This document shows positions 50,101 to 60,812 of a stretch of DNA of 60,812 nt, in pieces; position 1 is the first letter of the stretch; each line of letters begins with the position of its first letter. The stretch is taken from NCBI GenBank assembly GCA_003693705.1, contig RBZT01000971.1:1-60812 (forward strand), in the 5' to 3' direction. Position numbers and translations under genes: made by a program. The notes under the pieces are model-generated. The model did not search any database. It was not told where the DNA came from and saw only the letters and a program-made list of their open reading frames with translations. The stretch comes from Polymyxa betae A26-41 (taxonomy: Eukaryota > Protista > Endomyxa: Phytomyxea).

Positions 50101-53100
50101 GTTTACAAGGAAAACAGCTGGTGTCTCCAATATTCGGCTGTTCATAACCAACTGGGCATTGAATACAGCTTGTGGAATTATACGACGATGTATACGTTCC
50201 AGCAGGACAGGGCGTACACGACGAAGATTCTGGCGTTGGCGCATATGTACCAGGAGGACACAATGTACATTGAGTTGGATTCAATGTTTGCCCATTTTGG
50301 TAACTAAAGAGAACAATCAAATTTAGAGTTCGTTCAACAAACTAAATTCAGTCTTGACCTTCCAGCAGGACAGACATCACAAACAGTCGAGTTAGAGGAA
50401 TTGGAAAACCGTCCAGCAGGACACTTTACACAGGACTTTGAGCCATAATCTGAACTGAACGTGCCTGGAGTGCATAGATCACACGATGTTTGCCCAACGA
50501 GATTCTGAGCAGAATTTCAGCAAAAGATACAAAGAAAACTGTCAACCTCCTACTTGAGATGATCCTGGAGGACAACTTTCACATTGAGAGCCAGATGGTG
50601 AGTTTTGATTTCGAAATGTTCCTGCGGGACACTGGCTGCATAGAACCGTGCCTTCAGATCCAGCAAACCTATAAGATGATAAGAAAAAATCTATAAACGG
50701 ACTCGTGAAATGCTGACCTTCCATCAGCACAAGGAGAACACTGTCGAGAGCGTTCTGATGGTGCTGCATATCCCAAAGGACACAAATCACATTCGCTCTG
50801 AGCCGACAATGGCTGGGCTCTGCCAACAGGACAGCTAATGCAGACTGGAGAGCCTTCACCAGCAAACGTCCCAGGTAAACAATCGATACATTGTGTTGGG
50901 CCATTCGAAGTTCTTCCAGCAGGGCAGGCAAAGCATTCTTTTAGACCCGTGATATTACTGAGCAAAGTCACACATTGTATTCCCAAGGTGCAGAGTTCAT
51001 ATGAAATACCTGAACCGCCCCAGAGAGCAGGTCGAACAAGATGCCTGACCACTATTTGAATTGAATGTTCCAACTGGGCACCGTAAACAGGATTGTTGTT
51101 CGGTTTGCGACTGGGAAAAACTCAGTGAAAGTACAGCGGAGTGAATGTCAACATTACAGTATACGTTCCTGCAGGGCAAGCGATACAATTGTCCAATCCG
51201 GGACTATTTGCATAAGTTCCTGGGTCGCATGGTTTACATGTTGTACTGCCTGGATTATTGGCATGCCTAAAGAGGAGTTATTTACCGAACATTTTTTTGA
51301 CCCATATGAAATCATACTTTCCAGAAGAGCATAGTGAACACGCAGCCACACCACCGGTCAGAGAAAAGGTTCCTGCACGACATGATGCACATGATGATTG
51401 ACCAGTAAGGTTATTATAAGTTCCAGGTGGACAGAGAGAACATTGGCTTGATCCATACGCCGACTGAACATCAAATTAGAATCGAAGTCGAAGTTGAATT
51501 AATTGGTAACTCACAGAGAAGGTAGCGATTGGACAGTCTAGACATTTTCCAGAACCAACCTGACTTTGATATTTCCCAGGAGGACATGCCAAGCATTGTG
51601 GTGTGCCTTGAACTGGCGCGTACATTCCTTGGTTGCAATCAGTACATGTTGACAATCCAGATGCCCCATTCAATGATGATCGTCCGACAGAACAGTTCTT
51701 GCAGGACGCAGCATTGAACGTATCCGACTAAAATCCGGTCAATTTGTGACTACAAAATTAGGACCACTTACATATGTTCCAGCTGGACAGTTATCACAAG
51801 ACGATAGCCCAATAGATGACGAATACCTGCCAGGAGTGCAGGAGGAACAAGCGATAGATCCCGTTTCTGTGGCGGAAGTTCCAGCACCACATGGTATACA
51901 AGCTGATTGCCCTTGATTAGGCTGCTTATAACCTGAGGGACAGGCCAGGCACTGATTCTTAAACGTCAGAGAGGCATTATTGAATCTACTCACACTCAGG
52001 CAACCAGACCCTAGACCCTAGACCCCTTCAAACCTTCCAGCGGGACATAGTGTGCAGACTGACGAACCAACTGTTGTTGCCATTGTACCATCTGGACAAT
52101 TGATGCAGAAGGTTTTCTTCTCAGAGGACTGATAGGTTCCTTGTGGGCATGAAGTGCATTCTGAACCTGAAATCGCATACCTGCCTGTAGGGCAGTTTGT
52201 GCAACTAACAGCCCCTGTCTGAGATGATTCAGTACCATCTGGACATTTCGAGCAAATGCTCTCTATAACAAAACATCAGATGCTAAAACAGCAAATGTAA
52301 TTCAATTACGCCCAGGTACTGAATATGTATTTCTAGGACATGGTTGGCAGGATGTAGCAGCAGTTTCATTTGAATACGTCCCAGCTGGACAGCTTAAGCA
52401 TTGATCATTACCAGATGCAGGCGAATATGTTCCAGGTTGGCAAGCAACACATGAGTTCAATGTCGCGCTATTCGTATAACCCTACATAACATTCAGTGAA
52501 ATGCATTAAGGATCGGATATAAGCAGTACCGGAGGGCATTTCGTACAGGATAAGGATTGTGTCGAATTCGAGTATGTTCCTGCAACACAGGCAGGGCATT
52601 GAGCTTGACCAATGTTGGGATTCGCTGTTCCTGTAGCACAGTCTGTACACGAGACAGCAGCATTGGATGAAGAATATCGTCCGGCTGCGCAGGTCGTGCA
52701 ATTTGTCGATTGAAAGGTAGATGTGTAGCTAACAATGCGTTAATGATACGACATTTGAAAAAGACAAAAAGAACCTTCCACTAGGACATTGAGCACACGA
52801 CGACAGCCCAGCCGAGGCAGTATAATAGCCAGGTGTACAGGGTGAACACGATGTGCTGCCTGAGACTTGCGACTGAAAGCCAGCAGGACATGATAAACAT
52901 GATGAGCTCCCAGTAGTACTGCTATACCTATAGCAAAGGATTCAGAAAACATCAGACCGATACAAGCCTGTTAACAAACCTTCCCGGTACACAGGACTTG
53001 CAGGATGCCGCCCCGACAGCATCAGTAAATGTTCCTGCTGGACATGGAGTACAGAAGGAGGCTCCGGCACGAGAAAAGGTCCCAGTTGGACAGGTCTGGC

Positions 53101-56100
53101 ACGAGATCGACCCAGTTACGTTCGAGAATTGTCCATCAGGGCATTGATTGCAGACTGATTGGCCCAGACCTGACTGACTGGTTCCCACCGGGCATTGCTT
53201 ACAGGATGTCTGTCCAGAGATGTCTTGGTATGATCCAGCAGGGCAATCGATCGAGGAATTCGATCCCACAGCGATGCTGTATCGTCCAGGTGGCGCTTGC
53301 GTACATGTGACCGATTTGGGCGTGGCCGAATACGATCCGGCGTCACATGCGATGCAAGACGAAACCGTGTCAGACGAGATTGTCCCGGATGGACAGTTTA
53401 GACACTTGGTCATGGCCATCTTGTTCGCATAAGTTCCCAAATTACATTTTTCACAGGATGTGACACCGGTCGCTGACGAGAATCGACCCAATTCGCAATC
53501 AACACATAATGTACTGTTGTATCCATGACGTCCTTGCGGGCAGCTGCTGCACAATGACGATCCGGAGTTTGGTGCAATCGTTCCCGCCAGGCAAGTGCTG
53601 CAAACAGCAGCGTTCGAGCCAGCCGATGCAGTGCCAGGCGGACACTTCAGGCAAGTATTGCCAGAGACGTACAGACCCGGATTGCACGGTGCATATGAAA
53701 TCGTGACATTCGATGAAGTTCCAACGGTTCCTCCATTCTGAATGACAAGCAGAGTACGTTGCATTCCTGATCCGGCCGGAGTCGTACATGCGAACTTACG
53801 CTGCGGCAGCGTATTATCATGAATTACGCTTGTACATGGCAGACCTCCAACATACACTGTCACTGGACTTCGAAAGTTCTGCCCAGTAACAGTGATAAGA
53901 TCGCCACCGGAACGAGAGCAATTTTTAATGGATCCGGGTGATGAATTATCAGTCAGACATCCAGCAACGCTGCTGATAATCGGCGGCGCATATGAAAATA
54001 GTCGAACGCCCCGAGAAAACAGAAGGCCTGATGAAGCCACCACCTGCAATGACAATCCAGCACCCTCAGAAACTTGGCAAGTATATTTGAAAGATGAGAT
54101 GAACGTGTTTAGCAGGCATGTACTAGTTGAAATTCGTGTACTGACATCACTGGCGAAGTTGGCGCCTGTAACAGTCAGGATAGCGCCACCTTCGGTCGAA
54201 CAGCCAGATGTAGCATTACCGCTCTATTGACATAATAATTATTTAGCCCGAAATAATAAGTACAGAAAATAGTACCTGAGATGGACATCCTTCGACTTTG
54301 TAAATAACTGGAGCAATTGGATATGAATAAGCGAAAGGACTAACAGCAGACGCCACATTTAAGGCTGTGAGAATGAATCTGAGATTGGAACCTTCACCAG
54401 GGACAGTACGGCACGTAATCTGTGCTGTCTCCCTCGATGCATCAATTACAGTGACACTAATCGATTGACAAGAATATTGGTTATAATTTGGTCCGGGTCC
54501 ATACGTCACTTTTAGAGCATCGGCTCGACTACCGACATGCTGAGCCTGGAATGTGATCGTCTGACCTTCGGTAGTATTAACTTGCAACAGATTCGATCGA
54601 ATAGATGAACCGGTGGTTCCCAAAGACGAATCGACCAGAGCCGGTGTAGGATGATTCAATGTATCGGATCCGAATAGCGATTGCTGTTTACCAGACATTA
54701 TCTGAAATTGAAGCCCAGAGCCAACACTATCAGATAAAGCGCATGATATCGCATAGATTCCGTTCGTGAGAGACACTTGCTGAACATCGGAACAACCGAA
54801 CTGGAAAGATGATGATGGTAGACCATAGATGACCGACCAAGGAGTAGAAACCAGATTTGTACAGCTGAAATAAGCACGAAGCCCTTGACTTCCAACCAAT
54901 GTCCAGTTAGCAGTAACAGCTCCTATAGGTCCATATGTTGTACTGCTAGTCTTAACTTGCAATGTCCCTGATATGATGACAGGACCAGCATATGACAGAT
55001 AATTCTTGCTGTCAGTTTGAGCCTGCAACTGATTCGGCCCAACCGATACAGCGACAGGTAAAGAGAATCCACCAACATCTCGAGCTGGTAACGAACATGT
55101 CATTATCTGACCTGGATTGTTGTACAGGTAGGTGACATTCGAGCAAAAAAGGCCTCCAACTGTAATGTTGGATTTTGCTGCGAAATTATTGCCGGAAACT
55201 GTAATCGTTGTCCCGCCCAAGATGCTGCAGCTTGAAGTTGTCGTGACATCGTTAACAGTGCATCCGCGAACAGAATTAATATGGGGTGCAGCATACGAGA
55301 ACGATTTGGGTGAGCTGCTTTGGCCACCAACTGTCATAATTACAGACAGCGATGCTCCTGAATTTTTAGGAAGAAGACACACAATATTGGTGTGGTTATG
55401 CTGTCCTGAGACTACTGGACAGAATGCATTTCCAACCAGAATCGTTGCAGTATCCGAACTGGAACCGAAATTTGTTCCCTTGATTGTTAAAACATTTGAC
55501 GTTATGGATTCGGTAAATGCCAATGGCGCATATAAAGTCGAGATCACAGGTGCTGCATACGAGAATATTTGGCTTCCACCAGAGCCAGCCTCCCCTGCGT
55601 TATTATACACAATAACATCAAGAAATTTCCCAACACCGGCTGGGATTGAACATTCGATGGATGTCTGCTGAAACCCGGCCCCAGTAACATTACAGAGTTT
55701 ACCACCAACTAATATACGAGCAGAACCAGAATATGGGCCGAATTCGGTTCCTGACAAAAAAAGGCTAATACCTCCAGCCGTGCTTGCTACTCCTACAAAG
55801 AACGATGTCAAATATAGAAAGAACGCGAGATAGAACATTTACTTGGACTGAGCGATGTAAGAACAGGTTTTCTGTAGCTCATAACGGTCTGAGCTGTCTG
55901 TCCGCCTGCTTTTAATATCAAGGTGAGATTTGTGCCTGAATTCTTTGGGGCTGTGCACCGAACTCGAGTGTGTGATTGTGTTCCGGCAACGATATCGCAA
56001 GATTTCTCTCCGAATGTAATAACCGACGAGGTTCCAAACGAGGTTCCAGATATAATTAACACCCCAGATCCATCAGTTGGTACTAAACCATCAGCTGAAT

Positions 56101-59100
56101 TCAATACAGAAACGGAGCTGATTTCTGGAGGTGCATAGGAGAAATTCTTCGCCGCAGACGTCTGCCCTTCAACATTAACAATCAAGGCGAGATTAACCCC
56201 CTGACCAGACGGGACCGAACATGTGATTTGAGCGCCGTTCAGTACCAGCTGTATTGCAGCGCACAGCTTTCCACCAATCGTTGCAAAACCAGTTGTACCA
56301 AAATTGTTTCCGAAAACAGTAATGACATCCCCTCCAGCAGTGGAGAACGACGATGTTAAACCCGAATAAGATGAGATCACAGGCTGGTCGTATGATAATG
56401 TAAGGGAATTACTCTTCTGGGCGCCAATTGAGATTTGCACACTAACACCAGTACCTTGTCCAGATGGTAATGAACAAATGACCAAAGTATTGTTCTGAAA
56501 TATACTCGAACAGACACTTCCACCAACTGTTGCAGTTCCATAGGAACCTAGATTGTTACCAACGATTGTGATGGGAACACCACCCAATGTTGGATATGAC
56601 GATGCCGAAATAGCCGTGATGGTTGGGCCGAAATACGAAATAAGCACAGATTGGGTTGAGACCAGACCATCGACATTGACAGTGACCAATTGGCCGGTAC
56701 CGAGTCCGCTTGGAACTGTACAGTTAATCTGTGTCTGGATATGTCCAGTAACAGGGCAGTCGTACTGGCCGCCGATCGTCACCGAGACCGTCGCCGACGA
56801 GGGTCCAAAATTCGATCCCGAAATCATCATCAGAGTGTTGCCCGATGTTGAGAACAGAGTCGGCGATACGTTATTGACAATCGGGGCCTGATAAGTGAGT
56901 TGAGCCGAACCAGAATACTGGCCCCCGACTACAGCATAAACTTGAATGCCCTTGCCTGACCCTGCCGGACACTTGAATGTAAATCTTCTATGTGGTATCA
57001 CCCTGGTAATTTGTATAACAGTTGATAAAATGACAACATAGGCTGGAGATGAGTTCGGGCCGAAATTCGTTCCATCGACGGTGATGGTGACAGTTCCGAG
57101 AGTATCACAGCCAGACGTTGGCGTCAGTGTTGTAATCGATGGAGCGTAGAAGTTGACGGCGCTGGAAACCGTCGCAGAAACCGACGGCGTCGAAGATGTT
57201 CGCGTCACCGTAAAATTCAAATTAGCACCGGTTGAATTGGCCGGCATACACTTGATTAGATTATGAGTATATGAGCGGGTAGAGCAGCTTAAGCCTGCGA
57301 CAGTAGCCTGCCCGCTCGTTCCAAAGCTACTTCCGGTAATGGTTAATAATGGACTTTGTGAGGTATCGGTTGAGAAGAATGTCGGAGTGGCTGCCATTGA
57401 ATTGGGCGCATTGAACGTCAGCAACGACGAATATCCAACTTTTCCATCGGCCGATCGAACTTGGAGTGTGCTATTTGCACCTGATAATGCAGGCATAGTG
57501 CACATAATGACAGTATGACTCCAGCCACCACTCTTTCACAATGGTTAAAGTGAATTAAACAAACAAACTAAACAGTGTGTCGCACCTGAATAGGACATGA
57601 CGCTCCCGAGCTGACGAACGTAACAGTTCCTGTCGAGGAACCGAAACTCGATCCGAATATCGTCAGAATGACACCGCCTTCGGTATTAATCGATGCCGGA
57701 TTGACACTTGTAATGGTTGGGCTGCGAAATGAGAAATATCCAGATAATGTACTGGATCTGCCTCCAGCAGGGACTTTCACCCGAACATCAAGATTTGATC
57801 CCGAACTAGGTGATACCAAACATTGAACAGTTGTGTGTGAGAACACGCTTGTTGCACATGAAATCAGATCAATTTCAGCGAGACCAGTCGTGCCCAGGTT
57901 CGTCCCGATAAACTGAACATTACTTCCTTCTGTTGCCGAATGAGCTGGGACAACACTGCTCAGAACTGGAGGGTCGTAAGCGAATATCTTATCGACATTG
58001 GATAAACGGCCGAGAACGCTAACAAAGACTTGCAGATCGTTGCCTTGACCAGGAGGAACAGTACACGTGATACGGGTATGATTATTAGTGGGACCTAAAC
58101 TAGAAACGCATTCCGTTCCCGTTCCTGTGTCGCTTGAATGACGAAAATAAACCTTTCCAGATGTGCCGAAATTCGATCCAGACAAGATAATCGCATAGCC
58201 TCCTTGTGTCGACCCCGAACTCGGGCTGATGGACGTCAAGGTCGGCGGCAGATAATTGACGTAAACGGCTGTATTGGAGTTAACCAGAGTGCCAACCTGA
58301 ACTGTCGGAAAGAGCCCGGTCCCTTGACCAGCAGCTGCCAGACAGGTCAACACCGTATGAGCAGTTGTAATTACAACATTGCTGCAGGCAACTGTCCCAA
58401 GCGTTATCGTGACGGCACCAGAATTAACAGGACCAAAGTTGGTGCCAGTTAAGGTAATAATGCCTCCTGTTGTTGGTAGTGCAGAGCCCGAAGATGGATA
58501 GGTAATTGCTGATACAGTTGGGGCATTGTAATTGTAGTAGATTGATGACTGTGAAACCTGAGTATTGACAGTAATTGTCACCAATACATTGGCACCATAG
58601 CCTGTAGATATTCAGAATTCATATCTGCATACATGAGCATTTAGGCTGTACCTGCAGGGACCGTACATTTGACGGAAGTATGATTTGTGACAAATGATGG
58701 TGATGCACAACTCCAGGTTCCAGCAAACATCACAGATACCTTGGAGATTGCATTTCCAAAATTGGTTCCGGTGACAGTGATGATCCCGCCCCCATTCGTA
58801 GATCCAGATGACAACCATACCGATGAGATCGCAGGAGTCACATAATTGAACGATGCACTGGCCGATTGCCCTCCAGCCGTGACCGTGACAATCGAATTTG
58901 TGCCCGTTCCAACTGGACATGGAACAATAATAGATGTGAATGACTTCGATGTGATAGCTGTAGTGATCCCGTTAACTGTTACGGACGGATTTGTGCCAAA
59001 ATTCGCTCCATAAATGGTGATGGGAATGGAGCCATCTGTCTTCATCACAGATGGGCTTAACGATGTGATGGTTGGCGGCGCGAAAGAGCACGAAATCGAA

Positions 59101-59776
59101 ACCGTGTCGGTTTTTCGCATCGTATTCCATAGTACGAGATTGACAGCTGAACCTCCAGATTGAGCAGGAACAGTCAATACAAAACTTTCTGATAAGCCCA
59201 AACTGTATTTGGGTGTCAATGGTGTTTGTGTAAACGGGTCGTACTTATTCCAGTTAGGCCAGTAATTCTTCGTACTCGATACCACAGTCATGTTATTACC
59301 TCCAAGTTGAAACATTGGACTGTAAGTGTTCGCAAACGTATTATCCCATAAAGTAAAGTATCGACCGCTGATGGTTATCGTATCCGTTCCATCATTGAGT
59401 AACCCACTGGATTTACTAATGCTAAACAATATAAACATTAGTATGAAGCCATGAATCAGCAAGGAAATACGAACGTGAGCAAAGTCGGCTTCATGCAATC
59501 TTGATAAAAACTCGAATGACAATCCCCAAAAATCTGACATTGCAGACCACATGCGTATGCATCCCATCGATTGATTGCACAATTATTCCAGGAGAAAGTC
59601 TTTCCATTAGTTGTTCCAGATGATTGTGTAGTACAATACGATGCAGGGCCAAAATTTTCACATAGTGAGGCGCAAGTTCCAGCTTCAGCTAGATGATTGA
59701 AACTAATCAGTATAATTACTGCAACTAATAATGATAATGGCCTTCCATTCGTAACAAATGCACGAATGCTTGCCAT
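47169..59776 (-). CDS. Giant receptor-like protein B, paralog of A (~3,600 aa, roughly 30 exons): signal peptide, Cys-rich SMB-like domain, IPT/TIG repeats, Cys-rich repeats, multi-TM domain
   Basis: ATG at 59776 with hydrophobic LSLLVAVIILISF; CGLQCQIFGDC; IPT repeats at 53.7-59.1 kb; CPAG repeats at 49.2-53.7 kb. TM motifs shared with A: GPLCAIC, KLKIMLG, FWRML, FLIYP, LYPIGIP, PYIRKGDDRLHL. Confidence 0.9.
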
Positions 59777-60050
59777 GGGCAAGGGGCGTTCGGCGCTAGG
59801 GGTTGTACTGCTTCTCTACCCTATAGGGTGAAAGCTGTGGAACTGGATGTTGATGATTGGCAGCTGTTCAAAGATGCTGAAATCAGTACGTCGTCACACA
59901 GATTTTAATTTTATTCCTTGATATCGCTTTCCAAAGATGACCACAAGCAAGCATGGCACATCCGTAGTTTTGATATAGAATTTAGACAAAGCGGAATTCA
60001 TATCCTATAAGCTATCAGCAAACTGCACTGGCTACTATATTGCAGCATTA

Positions 60051-60649
60051 GAGCATCTCCACCGCGTGGGGTCTATTCTAAGGTCTATTCGAGATTTTCT
60101 GCGCCACGGAGTTAAAATAGACCAGCTTTATATAGATCGCCACACCGCTCCCAATCGCCCGCGATCTATTGTACGTTCAAATATACAAATGGATCCGATA
60201 ATCGGGTAATGGTTTGAACAAGAACGACGTGATAATAGAGTGGATGATGATCTGGTTGAGGCCCGGATGTTCTTCAGGAACACAGACGTGATTTTGAAGA
60301 CGGGTTCCAGCGAATCTTCAAGATTATTGCGCAGAGAATCCTGTTTATAGAACAAAAGTGTTTCGGAGACGTTTCGCTATGCTTGGTGAGCGTTTTTTTA
60401 GAAAAATGGATGGTGTTAGGACCCAGAACTCTTGGCTCAAAAAAAACAACCAACAAAAATACAGTCGAGAAGAATTGAACTCCCGTCATGTCGCTCACGC
60501 AACTCCGTAGACCTTCGAATAGCCAGCGGTCTATTTCCTGCAAAAATAGACCGGTCTATTTAATAGATAGACTATAGACCCGCGGTGGGGCATTCCGTGA
60601 CGGGTCTATATTCATTAGACCTCGGAATAGACCCGCGGTGGAGATGCTC
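60051..60649. mobile_element. PIF/Harbinger (Tourist-like) MITE, ~600 bp
   Basis: TIR GAGCATCTCCACCGCG (60051-60066 / 60634-60649), extendable imperfectly to ~35 bp; flanks TTA and TAA; subterminal GGTCTAT/ATAGACC repeats. Confidence 0.88.
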
Positions 60650-60812
60650 TAATCTGGCCCAAATGGCCTAAAAATGGCCTAACGCCAGTTCAATGCACGA
60701 TTGCAGATTGGTTGACAATTTTTTGATATGATGATCTAGCATTGACATTAATTGAGAATACACCTAAAATTTGAACACTTTATTCATCTGTAGGGTTTTC
60801 TAGATAGTTGAT

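Noticed and set aside
29275-58452. Many short plus-strand and off-frame ORFs (His/Val/Leu-rich) overlapping the giant genes
   Set aside because: Shadow ORFs produced by the codon bias of the Cys/Ser/Thr-rich minus-strand genes; no domains.

Overview
Eukaryotic (protist-like) genomic window, standard genetic code, very compact, with many ~45-60 nt GT-AG introns. A phytomyxid/plasmodiophorid-like rhizarian is plausible (short introns, TTTTAGGG-like motifs) but is only an inference. Region 1-12.6 kb is a nest of decayed transposons: Ty3/gypsy integrase-chromodomain, three gag/protease fragments, two 5' LTRs, one solo LTR with TSD, hAT, pogo, an IS630/Tc1-like fragment, a Tourist-like MITE, and a Mutator element with intact TIRs and 9-bp TSD carrying an RS-repeat ORF. 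Region 12.8-28.7 kb holds tightly packed, AT-rich, CpG-poor genes: MYG1, a CBS protein, WD40, RBM24/38-like, TMEM117-like, G3BP-like, EndoG, cytochrome P450, a GT-like gene and several orphans. Region 29.1-59.8 kb is the most interesting part, four co-oriented minus-strand genes. Two are paralogous giant (~3,500+ aa) receptor-like genes (signal peptide, SMB-like, many IPT/TIG repeats, many Cys-rich GCC2/3-TNFR-like repeats, multi-TM C-terminus). They flank a secreted protein of a fungal/actinobacterial-looking family and an unusual 2xRanBP2/NZF-pseudokinase-HECT E3 ligase. The two paralogs differ sharply in intron density and CpG content, and several of their introns carry telomere-like repeats. 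A second Tourist-like MITE lies at 60.05-60.65 kb. Exon boundaries were read by eye and are approximate unless stated.
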